Source of the DNA: an uncultured Acidobacteriota bacterium
Lineage (GTDB): Bacteria; Acidobacteriota; UBA6911
DNA: 64,000 nucleotides
Direction: 5' to 3'
NCBI GenBank assembly: GCA_963827655.1
Contig: CAWHCF010000049.1
Span: 418,682-482,681, forward strand
The notes below the pieces were generated by a model. That model searched no databases and was not told where the DNA came from. It was given only the letters and a program-made list of their open reading frames with translations. Of the stretch, positions 53,398-63,247 are shown in pieces. Both the position numbers and the translations under genes were made by a program. Numbering within the stretch: position 1 is the first letter of the stretch; each line of letters begins with the position of its first letter.

Positions 53398-53662
53398 ATG
53401 GCTGACGCAATTGCCGTCCTGAACGCTGGCTCATCCAGCATTGACTTCTCCCTCTTCGTCAGGCGCGGCGGTGAGCTGGAGCTCGAACTCGAACTGCGCG
53501 GCCAGGTCGAAGGGATCTACACCATGCCTCACTTCATCGCGAAAAGGCGTGGCGGGCCGACGGCGGCGGAAAAGTCCTGGGCCGAGGGCACGAAGCTCGG
53601 CCATGATTGCGCGCTCGATCACCTGGTCGCGTTTCTGCGCTCCGAGCTCGCGGATGACCGTC
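53398..53662 (+). pseudogene. ackA: Acetate kinase N-terminal fragment
   Basis: MADAIAVLNAGSSSIDFSLF; ends before the GHRVVHGG motif. Confidence 0.75.
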
Positions 53663-53797
53663 TATACAAGCGCCAGCTGCTGAACGCGCTTCGGATCGTG
53701 GTGCTTTGTAGCCAGTTCCGGGAAGTTCTCAAGTGATCGAACCATCGCCGAGTACGCGGCCGACATCTGGAACGTGAAGCAGTGACCGGTGGAGTGA
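53663..53797 (+). pseudogene. glgP: Two fused fragments of glycogen phosphorylase
   Basis: [14 protein letters not shown] then [19 protein letters not shown]. Confidence 0.8.
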
Positions 53798-53831
53798 AGT
53801 CGCCGGCAAAATTATCGAAGGGGAACGACCC

Positions 53832-55514
53832 ATGCCAATTTCTCCACTTGCAGGCAAGCCTGCCGACCCATCGTTGCTGATCAACGTGCCCCGGCTGGTA
53901 ACCGCGTATTACACGAGGCAACCGGATCCAGCAGTACCCGCACAACGCGTCGTGTTTGGAACTTCCGGGCACCGCGGCTCCGCGCTCGATAATGCGTTCA
54001 ATGAGGCGCATATCCTCGCAATCACGCAGGCGATTTGCCTCTATCGCAAACAGCAGGGCATCGACGGACCTCTCTACATCGGCGCCGATACGCACGCGCT
54101 TTCGGAGCCCGCTTTTGCCAGCGCTTTGGAGGTGCTGGTAGCGAATGGCGTCGACGTGATGGTCGATGCCGACAATGGCTACACTCCTACCCCGGTAATC
54201 TCGCACGCGATTCTCACCTACAATCGCGGACGGAAGCGCGGGCTCGCGGACGGCATCGTCATTACACCATCGCATAATCCGCCACGATTCGGCGGCTTCA
54301 AATACGATCCGCCCACCGGTGGACCCGCAGACACCCACGTCACCGAATGGATAGAACGACAGGCGAACGCCTTGATTGCCGACGGCCTGCGCGGGGTGGC
54401 GAGAGTACCGTTTGAACGTGCTCGGAGCGCTTCCACCGTACACCCCCATCAGTACCTCGATTCCTATGTGCGCGATCTTCCTTCGGTGATCGATCTTCAG
54501 GCAATCCGCGAGAGCAAGGTTCGCATCGGTGTGGATCCGTTGGGCGGCGCCAGCGTGGCTTACTGGGATGCCATTGGCGACCGCTACGGACTCAATCTGG
54601 AGGTCGTGAACCACGTCATCGATCCTACCTTCCGCTTCATGACGGTCGATTGGGACGGCCAAATCCGGATGGACCCTTCGTCGGTGTATGCGATGGCAAG
54701 CCTGGTCGGACTCAAGGAGCGATTCGACGTAGCCTTTGCCAGCGACACCGATGCCGATCGGCACGGAGTTGTAAGCCGCAGCCATGGGCTCTTAGATCCG
54801 AACCGCTATCTCTCAGTTGCTATCTCATACGTGTTCGCCAACCGCCCGCAATGGTCGCATGCGGTCGCCGTTGGCAAGACCGTCGTCAGCAGCAGCATGA
54901 TCGATCGCGTGGTGAAAAGGCTAGGCCGACGGCTGGTTGAAGTTCCGGTAGGTTTCAAGTGGTTCGTGGGAGGACTCATCGACGGCTCACTCGGATTCTG
55001 CGGCGAGGAAAGCTCGGGCGCAACATTCTTGCGTCGTGATGGCACGGTCTGGACGACGGATAAAGATGGGCTTGTCCCGAACTTGTTAGCAGCCGAGATC
55101 ACCGCGCGGACAGGCAAAGACCCGGGCGAGCACTATCAAGAACTGACAGCCGAGTTCGGCACCCCATACTACACACGCATCGATGCCCCAGCGACGCCGG
55201 AACAGAAAGCGAGACTGCAAAAATTGTCGCCCGAGGTGGTTGTAACTGCGAAACTCGCTGGCGAGCCGATCACAACCAAACTGACTGCGGCCCCGGGTGA
55301 CGAGGCACCGATCGGCGGCCTCAAGGTAGTGACTGCCAACGGCTGGTTCGCCGCCCGACCCTCCGGCACCGAGGATATCTACAAGATCTATGCGGAGAGT
55401 TTTAAGGATCAAGGCCACCTGGACGCGATCGTGAGCGAAGCCCATGAGATCGTGAACGATGCACTAAATTCCTTTGATTCAGTTCACCAGCAGCGGGAGG
55501 GCGCTCCGAAATGA
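53832..55514 (+). CDS. pgm: Phosphoglucomutase (alpha-D-glucose-phosphate-specific)
   Basis: [35 protein letters not shown]. Confidence 0.95.
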   Translation: MPISPLAGKPADPSLLINVPRLVTAYYTRQPDPAVPAQRVVFGTSGHRGSALDNAFNEAHILAITQAICLYRKQQGIDGPLYIGADTHALSEPAFASALEVLVANGVDVMVDADNGYTPTPVISHAILTYNRGRKRGLADGIVITPSHNPPRFGGFKYDPPTGGPADTHVTEWIERQANALIADGLRGVARVPFERARSASTVHPHQYLDSYVRDLPSVIDLQAIRESKVRIGVDPLGGASVAYWDAIGDRYGLNLEVVNHVIDPTFRFMTVDWDGQIRMDPSSVYAMASLVGLKERFDVAFASDTDADRHGVVSRSHGLLDPNRYLSVAISYVFANRPQWSHAVAVGKTVVSSSMIDRVVKRLGRRLVEVPVGFKWFVGGLIDGSLGFCGEESSGATFLRRDGTVWTTDKDGLVPNLLAAEITARTGKDPGEHYQELTAEFGTPYYTRIDAPATPEQKARLQKLSPEVVVTAKLAGEPITTKLTAAPGDEAPIGGLKVVTANGWFAARPSGTEDIYKIYAESFKDQGHLDAIVSEAHEIVNDALNSFDSVHQQREGAPK

Positions 55515-55527
55515 CGGAGGCCGCGTC

Positions 55528-56199
55528 ATGACCCCGAGCCCAATTGTTTTTCTAGTTGACGTCGACAACACGCTACTCGACAACGACCGGGTCCAGAATG
55601 ACCTCAAGCGTCACCTTGAACGTGAGTTCGGGGCGCCCTGCCGCGACCGGTATTGGGCGATTCTCGAACAGCTCTTCACTGATCTGGGCTACCGCGATTA
55701 TCTCGGCGCCCTTCAACTCTATCGGGTCGAACACCCGCAAGATATTCACCTGCTGTCGATGTCGTCATTCCTGTTGGACTACCCGTTCGCCAATCGTCTC
55801 TATCCCGGATCGCTCGACGTGCTTGAGCGGTTCCGCTCCTGGGGACAAACGGTAATCCTCTCGGACGGCGATGTGGTTTTTCAACCACGCAAGATCGAAC
55901 GCTCGGGCATCTTCGAAGCTGTCGAAGGCAACGTCCTCATCTACATTCACAAAGAAGAGGCGCTGGATGACGTCAAGCGGCGTTACCCGGCTCAGCACTA
56001 TGTTCTCGTGGACGACAAGCTGCGCGTCTTGACCGCAGTTAAGAAGGCCTGGAGGTCGCGCGTGACCACGGTCTTTCCCCGGCAAGGTCAATATGCCCAT
56101 GACCGAAACATCATTGCCCAATCCCCGCCCGCGGACCTAACGGTAGAGCGCATCGGCGACCTGCTTGACTATGAACTGTCCGCCTTGCTCGCGGGTTAA
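55528..56199 (+). CDS. HAD-family hydrolase
   Basis: DVDNTL, LSDGD, VDDK. Confidence 0.85.
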   Translation: MTPSPIVFLVDVDNTLLDNDRVQNDLKRHLEREFGAPCRDRYWAILEQLFTDLGYRDYLGALQLYRVEHPQDIHLLSMSSFLLDYPFANRLYPGSLDVLERFRSWGQTVILSDGDVVFQPRKIERSGIFEAVEGNVLIYIHKEEALDDVKRRYPAQHYVLVDDKLRVLTAVKKAWRSRVTTVFPRQGQYAHDRNIIAQSPPADLTVERIGDLLDYELSALLAG

Positions 56200-56231
56200 C
56201 GGTCGGTTCATCTTTCTCAGGAGGTGACAAG

Positions 56232-56380
56232 ATGATGCATCAAACTGAGTGGGCCGTGATTCTGGCGGGTGGAGACGGAACCAGACTAAACCCACCCTTG
56301 TGGCCTGAGCGATTGGCCGTGATCAAGGTCGATAGGTAAGGCATTTTGGCGATTCATTGACTTGGGTTGGGGCGCAACCT
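56232..56380 (+). pseudogene. Internally deleted sugar-phosphate nucleotidyltransferase remnant
   Basis: RBS then MMHQTEWAVILAGGDGTRL, followed closely by PERLAVIKVD. Confidence 0.6.
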
Positions 56381-56473
56381 TGACTTGCGACGACATGGTG
56401 GTCCATCTTGATGCTCTTTGGCTATCGCTTCTTCGGGTTACGAATGCTGTCTACTCATTGCGCCTAAGCGCCG

Positions 56474-57265
56474 TCAGATATCATTCCTTCTCATGACGAT
56501 GATCGTCTCATCATCCAGACGCTCTCCGTCTCCGCGAAAGGCCCGGAGTGCTGACGCGAGTTGAGTGCCGAGTGCTTCGGCGGAGCTGGAGTCAAGCGCG
56601 CGCGCCATATTCATCAGGCCGTCCCGACCGAGTTCATTTCCAGCTGGACTGGTGGCTTCGGAGACGCCGTCGCTGTATAGCACCATCAGGTCGCCTGATT
56701 GCGGTTTGACGATTAACCGGTCGTAGGTGACGTCGGGGAGCAGGCCAAGCGGCAGACCCGCCGGTCGCCCTCGCTCGCTCGCGCGTTGCGTTTCAAGCCA
56801 GCTCCACTCGTCGCGCGAGGCACGATACCAAAGAGGAGGAGGGTGCCCCGCGTTCGTCATTACCACCAGACCCCGACGGCCGTGCCACCCAAGTGCCACC
56901 ATCGTGGCGTAGTGCCCGTCGCCAAGTCCTTCTCGAACCGCCTGATTGAGATCCCGCATCAGTGCGATCTGTTCCAGGTCGCGAAGGTACCGCTGCATGA
57001 GGTTTCGGAGCTTCTCGCCGAACACCGCCACTGCCTGTCCGTGGCCGCTCACATCCGCAAGCGCGATCCGCGAAACGATGCAACTCGGACACACGGACAC
57101 GTAGTGGACATCGCCGCCAGTGTGAGTTGGCCCCACCGGCACCGAATGCACCCATGCAGTTAAACCTGGCAGTTCGACCAGACTCGCGGCACGCTCGCTA
57201 CCGGCCCATGTTTCTGCACACGCAAGGTGCCGCGGCATCGACTGGATCGGATTTTCACTGTTCAC
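56474..57265 (-). CDS. PP2C/SpoIIE-family phosphatase
   Basis: GGDVH, ADVSGHG, NAGHPPP, YSDGVSE, DDET. Confidence 0.9.
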   Translation of the reverse strand: MNSENPIQSMPRHLACAETWAGSERAASLVELPGLTAWVHSVPVGPTHTGGDVHYVSVCPSCIVSRIALADVSGHGQAVAVFGEKLRNLMQRYLRDLEQIALMRDLNQAVREGLGDGHYATMVALGWHGRRGLVVMTNAGHPPPLWYRASRDEWSWLETQRASERGRPAGLPLGLLPDVTYDRLIVKPQSGDLMVLYSDGVSEATSPAGNELGRDGLMNMARALDSSSAEALGTQLASALRAFRGDGERLDDETIIVMRRNDI

Positions 57266-57306
57266 GGCAAGCCCCGTTAACGTTCATCGCTCTTCTTTCT
57301 CAGTAC

Positions 57307-57765
57307 CTGTTCCTGGCGAATTCTGAATTCGGCGTCATTCCGTTCACGCGTCCAGGACGAATTGTCCCAATCCTTCGACTTTCCGATTTTCAAACGCGGC
57401 ACCCAAATTGAAACCGGACTATTCAAAGGTGAACGGGCGAGTCTGACGCGCTGAGCCATTGCTCAGCCCTATTCGCTTGCCCGGAATGCGTTCGATGACC
57501 GTTATCGTAATGTTGGAAATCAAGTAGCTTCGTCTCCAGATCTGTCGTGGTCCAGAATAGAATTCGGTCGAGGTGTTCGCGCCGAACCGTACCGATAAGG
57601 CGTTCTACGAACGGATGCGAGAGCGGCAGGTAAGGGACAGTCTTGATTTCCGTCATCTCGAGTACTCGAAGATTGGCTTGCCATTGGTGGAACCGAAACA
57701 GCGGATTATGATCCGAGCTGAGGTATTTTAGCAGACTTTGCCCGCAAATCGTTCGATTGAACATC
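57307..57765 (-). mobile_element. 3' remnant of an integrase-core (rve) transposase element
   Basis: YLSSDHNPLF, PLSHPFVERLIGTVRREHLD, YDNGHRTH. Confidence 0.75.
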
Positions 57766-57789
57766 CGGCGGTGTCGTCAAGCCGCTTAT

Positions 57790-58770
57790 CTCGAAAATCG
57801 AGGATTGCTAAACAGCGTGCGGCTCCAGCGTAACTTTATGTACCAACTTCTCGAGACGCTTTACCAAGTAACGAGCCAGACGATCCCTTTGGAGGTGGTC
57901 AAAAAAGTTCTCTCCCAGTTCCTGGTAGACTGCGCGATGTTTTAGGAGGCGGTAGACTACGATCAGGATCGTATGTCCCACAGCCATAATGGCTCGTTTC
58001 CGTCCGCGCCTAGCCGCCAAACGGTGGTATTGGGCTTTCAAATAGGTGCCCTTCGTTCGGTTGCCAGCCCAGGCTGCTTCGCATAAGCTGCGGCGCAGCC
58101 AACGACTCCCCTTGCGGGTTCTGACGGACCGGCGTTTGCCTGCGCTCTCGTTTTGTCCCGGGCACATTCGGGCCCACGAGGCCAAGTTCCTGGCGGTGGG
58201 GAACTGACTCATGTCGGGACCTAGTTCCGCGATCAGGTTTTCCGCGGCTCGTCGGTCAATCCCAGGAATCGTACAAGCGTACAGACTCCTGAAGCGGAGC
58301 CATACGCCTTTCAATCTCTGCGGAGACTCGGGCGATGGTTTGGTCCAGATACTGCACTGTGGTTCATCAACTCGCCCAGCAAGAAACGGTGGTGATCCGT
58401 TAAGCGACCCTCCAGAGACTTTCTCAATTGGTTCGTCTTGCTCTTCAGGCGGCCTCGGGCCATGTCGGCCAGCACCACCACATCTTGTTGACCGGCAATC
58501 AAAGCCTGCAAGATGGCCACGCCGGATCGCCCCAATACGTTACTGGCTACCGAACCTAGCTTGATATTGGCGTCCTCCAGTACCTTCTGAACGCGATTGG
58601 CTACCGTCGCTCGCTGTTGGCTCAATTTGCTCCGGTGGCGCGTCAGGTCTCGCAGTTCTCGGACTGGACGAGGGGGGTACAAAGCTGCCGCGCAACAACC
58701 CATGTTGGAGCAGTTGCGCGATCCATTCGCAGTTGTCTGACGTCAACCATTTCTTTTTCCCGTAGTGACT
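57790..58770 (-). mobile_element. Degraded IS110-family transposase
   Basis: WIAQLLQHGLLRGSFVP, ELRDLTR, IPGI..RAAENLIAELG, CPGQNESAGK; frameshifts, N-terminus missing. Confidence 0.85.
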
Positions 58771-58974
58771 CACCGAAAAATCTAACTATCCGGAAGTTGT
58801 TGCTTCATAACTCTTAAAGAGAAAGCCGGAAAGAGAGAATCAGTATCATCTGGTTTCTTGTTTTTGGCGTTTGGTTGTTACCTTTTGCGCAACCAAATTC
58901 CGATGCTCGCCGGACCCAACGAGATCATCTTGTCTCGTTTCTTCGCCAGGCAGCTGGCCTTTCGTTCGAGCTCG

Positions 58975-59103
58975 GCCATAACATCGTCAGCGAGGGCGAT
59001 CTCTTCGATGCCGCCAAGCGCCTGGATGCGGCGGCGGGCAAAGTCAGCCATTTTCAGCGCGCCGATATGTTAAATCTGCCGGCAACTGATTGATTCTACT
59101 AGT
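58975..59103 (+). pseudogene. 3' tip of a tyrosine integrase gene plus extended -10-like motif
   Basis: HNIVSEGDLFDAAKRLDAAAGKV; TGTTAAAT; TCTGCCGGCAACTGATTGATTCTAC shared with 45319-45343. Confidence 0.72.
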
Positions 59104-59145
59104 GCGCCTGTAGCTCAGTTGGATAGAGCAACGGTTTCCTAAACC
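59104..59145 (+). repeat. att-like copy D: 5' half of tRNA-Arg(CCT), followed by a different arm type
   Basis: GCGCCTGTAGCTCAGTTGGATAGAGCAACGGTTTCCTAAACC; downstream ATGCACAATTT x2 near 59252-59274. Confidence 0.88.
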
Positions 59146-59379
59146 AGAATCTGCAGCATCGTAAATCCTGTAACCACATTACTTGTCAAACACTTGCCAA
59201 ATTGCAAAAGTTTGGTGGAGTAGGTTAGAATGGGGTGATTTTGGTTCTAGTATGCACAATTTCATGCACAATTTTGAGGGGGTAAAGTGACCGTGCTCGG
59301 CTCGGATCTGGCTAGGAGTTGCTGACCTTCGTCGCTGAAATCCGACCCGGGAGCGGCTGATAGCTTCAAATTGGAAATA

Positions 59380-59449
59380 GCGCCGAGGGCGGACTCGAAC
59401 CCGCACGCCCTTGCGGGGGCCCAGGATTTTAAGTCGCCCCCTCGGCACC
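59380..59449 (-). pseudogene. tRNA-Leu(TAA) fragment lacking the D-arm
   Basis: Minus strand GACTTAAAATCC...CGCAAGG...GGTTCGAGTCCGCCCTCGGC. Confidence 0.75.
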
Positions 59450-59634
59450 TTGCAAATCTCGCAATTATTTGACTTGAAAGGATGTTGTATTCACCTGGAT
59501 CTTGGGTATTGTTGGGTATTTTTCGCTTTTTTTTGTCGCGACAGACACAGTGATAAGCACAGTGCCGAGGGCCCATTTTCCCGGGCTAGATCGGAATTCC
59601 TCATTCTACTGCGACCCAACTGCAGCGAAATGAA

Positions 59635-59679
59635 TGGCGGAGCTGACGGGGATCGAACCCTGACCTCCTGACTGCCAGT
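59635..59679 (-). pseudogene. 3' half of tRNA-Ala(GGC), att-like
   Basis: Minus strand ACTGGCAGTCAGGAGGTCAGGGTTCGATCCCCGTCAGCTCCGCCA. Confidence 0.75.
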
Positions 59680-60019
59680 GGGGTCAGGGCCAAGAGCTCA
59701 GACCCCTTTTCTTTCTATGGATCGGTGCCGAATCCCGCGCCGATTCAGGGTTTCGGGACTCTCCAGAAATTACAAGAATTATGCCCAGGCGAGGCAATAT
59801 CATCCAAGTTCGACGAAAAAAGTGGCACAAAAACTGACACAGCGATTCTCTTGCTTACCGATCTCGTGAACCCGACCTCTTCATCGTCCAGGCTGGGCGC
59901 AAATCCGGTCGAAGTCCCGTTTCGTCACCCGTGGTGTGTCGTCAAAACTCCGTGAGGCAGCAAATTCAAGCAATTAATGCGGGCGCCGGAACGGACCCCT
60001 ATGCTATAAATCCGTACCC

Positions 60020-60860
60020 ATGATTCCATTTTTTATCAGCTTCTCACCTGCCTCAGCGCATTCTTCCGTTCGCGCTACAACCTCGGCCTCGAGATCCTTG
60101 CCCTCCGTCAGCAGTTGGGCATACTCAAGCGAAAACAGCCTCACCCTCGGCTGCGAATCCAGGATCGAATATTTTGGATCCTGCTCCGCCGCCTCTGGCC
60201 TGCATGGAGCAACATCCTGATCATCGTCAAACCAGAAACCGTTGTCGCCTGGCATCGGGCTGGCTTTCGGTTGTTCTGGCGCCTTCGCTCGCGCCCAAAG
60301 AGCCTTGGCAGGCCAAAGATCGATGCCGCGGTTCGAGCTCTGATCCGGCGGATGGTGAAGGAGAATTCCACATGGGGCGCTCCCCGGATTCATGGTGAAC
60401 TTCTCAAGCTCGGCTTCGAGTCTCTGAACGCACAGTTTCTCGCTACATCCGGCGCTTGTCTCCTCCCGAGCAGGCACGGAAACTCTGGGCTACTTTCCTG
60501 CGCAATCACCGCGAGGTCATCACGGCCATGGACTTCTTCACCGTGCCGACCCTCACTTTCCGAGTCTTGTATTGTTTCTTCGTCATCGAACACGATCGAC
60601 GCAAGATTCTCCATTTCAACGTCACGGAACACCCAACCGGCCCCTGGATAGTGCAGCAACTGAGAGAAGCCTTTCCGGAATCCTGTCCGTACCGCTACGC
60701 GATCCTGGATGGTGATTCCAAGTTTGGCCAGGAGGTTACCGATATGCTGAGAGCGGACGGCATAAAACCCGTGCACATAAGCCCTGCAAGCCCGTGGCAG
60801 AATGGAGTCGCGGAACGCTGGATCGGAAGCTGTCGCAGAGAGCTTCTCGATCACCTGATG
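60020..60860 (+). mobile_element. Frameshifted, truncated integrase-core (rve) transposase
   Basis: LEILALRQQL, VKPETVVAWHRAGF, WGAPRIHGEL, DFFTV, SPWQNGVAERWIGSCRRELLDH. Confidence 0.85.
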
Positions 60861-60881
60861 GATCATTACTCATACTGCGCC

Positions 60882-62951
60882 TCATTCCTCATCTGATGAG
60901 TGAAGTCCGTGAGGTACACGACGACGATCCTCTTTGGCGGGGTGAGCACATGGTAATGGGCCCGTCGGCGGTTGGAACAGCAGATCCTTGCCATTAGCAC
61001 GAACGGCACGCAGAATCCCTTCTTTTGCGTAGATCCTGGCGGTGTGGGGATGCACTCCGATCTTGCGTGCAATCTCAGGCAAGGTGAGCCAACCACTACG
61101 CTGTAGGTGCTGGCAATAGCTCTCAATGCCATAAGCAAAACGGATATACCTCACCCTGGATGCCGTAAAACTTTTTCCTGTCCCTGAGCGATAACGGCGA
61201 GAGTTGAGAGTGCATGCAATCTGATCATCGGCCTGTCCTGTCGCCAGGACGCGGATCTCTTCTATGACTGCAGCAGGAGTGCGGACAAGTTCGAAGCAGG
61301 TGTGGGGCCGTGGTACATCGAGCGAGGTGGTTGCCCCACCTTTCCAACGAATGTGTACACGGATCAGTTCTCCGTCCCGTGCCAGTGTCACGTCGTCGAT
61401 CAGGAGCCTCAACATGCGCTTGCGATCACGCGCTGACGTCCTCGGATCTTTCCACACTCGAGGAAAGTCTGATGCCAAAGCTCCAATACGTTCCTTGACC
61501 TCAGTGCTCAGCTCCAGGGTGCCGTCCGCCTTCGTGGCACGTGAGTATTCCGCCTCCGCCTGAGCAAGTCTCGCCATGCTTTCATTCCATTGTCGCTCGA
61601 GAGTGTCCACAACAAGTCGGTTCTCCGGCCGTGCCAGCATATACTGACGTTGGGCCAGTTCCGCCTCCTCTCTCGCCCGTTCGACCTGAGCACGCCGGAG
61701 GCGGTCCACCTCAGCTTTGCGCGCGCGTAGTTCTTCGAAAACCTGCAATGCCACATCCAGTGTCGCGGGCGTCACGGCCTCAACCGTAGCCTGCCCGACC
61801 GCTCCATCAACCGCGAGGCCAACAATGCACTGGCACATAGGCCCCGCCGACTCAATGCCCCGCCGGGCGCAGACATAGTTCGATATCTGATGGCCCTTGC
61901 GGACACTGTATCGCACCGTCATGCGCAAACCGCAACGACCACACAGTACCAACCCCTGCAGCAGGGCATTGCCTTCGCGGGCGGGTCCCTTGTGACGGTC
62001 CCTACCGTCGCTGTGCCCATTCTCGCGCAACTTGGCCTGATTGGTTTCGTACTCCTGCCAGGAGATGTAACCAGGGTGGGCGTCGGGCAGAAAAACCTTC
62101 CAGTCCTGATGTGCCAGTAAACAGATGTGCATCCTACCATCCGGCCCCTTCCTTGTCCGTGTGCGCCCGTAAACGAACGCTCCAGCGTAGCGAGGGTTAT
62201 GCAAGATATTCAGAACCATGCCGCGCTGCAGTTTCCCGAAGACCACCTTGCCGGCTCTTTTGCCTTCAAAAAGTCGGCTGGGCCAAAGGATCGAATGCTT
62301 TGAGAAGTACTTCACGACTTGCCCGGCTGATCCGGTCCGACGGAAAGTTTCAAAGAGAAGCCGTACCGCACTGTGGATTTGCTCGTCCGGGTCGAACACG
62401 AGTCTTTGGCTCTCGTCGTAGACGTAGCCAGTGAGCGGACGTACCCACAGCTCTCCGCGTCGAGCTTTGTTGAGCAGACCGCCTATGAGTCGGGCCCGCA
62501 GCATGTACAGCTCCGCTTCGCTCATCGTACCCTTCAGCCCGAGGAGCAGACGATCGTTGAAATGGTTTGGGTCGTAGACTCCATCTTCGTCTACGATGAG
62601 CGTCCCTGTCAGCGCACAGATCTCCAATAACCGATGCCAGTCCGCGTTGTTCCGGGCGAGACGGGATGCGTTTAATCCCATCACGAGTCCCACCCGTCCC
62701 AAAGTGACCTCCGCTACCAGGCGCTGGAACCCGCTCCTGTCGGTAGCGGTGGCAGCAGATTCTTCGAGATCCTCGTCGATCACAACAGTCTGTTCGACAC
62801 TCCAGCCGAGCTCCTGTGCGTGGCGCTTGAGGTCGTACTGCAGTGCGGTGCTCTCACGATTCTCCTTCACTTGATGCAACGTAGATTGCCGGACATAGAG
62901 GATCGCCTGCTTTCGTAGGTGGTCGGCGGTGACCTTTGTCTGCGCGTTCAT
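60882..62951 (-). CDS. Large serine recombinase
   Basis: YVRQST, SRLARN, GLKGTMSEAE, LHNPRYAG, LLQGLVLCGRCG zinc ribbon, coiled coil, C-terminal HTH. Confidence 0.92.
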   Translation of the reverse strand: MNAQTKVTADHLRKQAILYVRQSTLHQVKENRESTALQYDLKRHAQELGWSVEQTVVIDEDLEESAATATDRSGFQRLVAEVTLGRVGLVMGLNASRLARNNADWHRLLEICALTGTLIVDEDGVYDPNHFNDRLLLGLKGTMSEAELYMLRARLIGGLLNKARRGELWVRPLTGYVYDESQRLVFDPDEQIHSAVRLLFETFRRTGSAGQVVKYFSKHSILWPSRLFEGKRAGKVVFGKLQRGMVLNILHNPRYAGAFVYGRTRTRKGPDGRMHICLLAHQDWKVFLPDAHPGYISWQEYETNQAKLRENGHSDGRDRHKGPAREGNALLQGLVLCGRCGLRMTVRYSVRKGHQISNYVCARRGIESAGPMCQCIVGLAVDGAVGQATVEAVTPATLDVALQVFEELRARKAEVDRLRRAQVERAREEAELAQRQYMLARPENRLVVDTLERQWNESMARLAQAEAEYSRATKADGTLELSTEVKERIGALASDFPRVWKDPRTSARDRKRMLRLLIDDVTLARDGELIRVHIRWKGGATTSLDVPRPHTCFELVRTPAAVIEEIRVLATGQADDQIACTLNSRRYRSGTGKSFTASRVRYIRFAYGIESYCQHLQRSGWLTLPEIARKIGVHPHTARIYAKEGILRAVRANGKDLLFQPPTGPLPCAHPAKEDRRRVPHGLHSSDEE

Positions 62952-63247
62952 GTCGTTGTCTCCAGATGTAAAGCAAGGACCATGTCAGCCAATACGGATG
63001 TGAAGTCGGACTGTACAGAAGAGGGGAGATTCGGCTTGCAACCTGATGATCCCCTCTCGTTCGGATGGTACGGCCTTTCCGCCGACTGCGCCAATACAGC
63101 AAGCGCAGTGAGCCAACCCGGCATTCCGCGGGTCAGAAAAAGTGCAAGCCCATGCCCTCGGCGTACGACTGAGTCGGTGTCAAGCGCCTGTTTGCGAAGT
63201 GCCTCGTACTGATCCACCATAAAGCCCGGATCCGATCGAAAAAACAT
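62948..63247 (-). CDS. Small hypothetical protein coupled to the recombinase
   Basis: YEALR...GLALFLTRGMPGW; ATGA overlap with recombinase start. Confidence 0.7.
   Translation of the reverse strand: MFFRSDPGFMVDQYEALRKQALDTDSVVRRGHGLALFLTRGMPGWLTALAVLAQSAERPYHPNERGSSGCKPNLPSSVQSDFTSVLADMVLALHLETTT

Noticed and set aside
28137-59145. Functional tRNA-Arg genes, or tRNAs split by group I introns
   Set aside because: No 3' half (T-arm, acceptor) follows any copy in the window; downstream sequence has arm-type direct repeats and I see no group I core motifs.
28137-59145. CRISPR array or classical integron attC array
   Set aside because: Repeats are tRNA-derived and 6-14 kb apart; no cas or intI gene and no regular short spacers.
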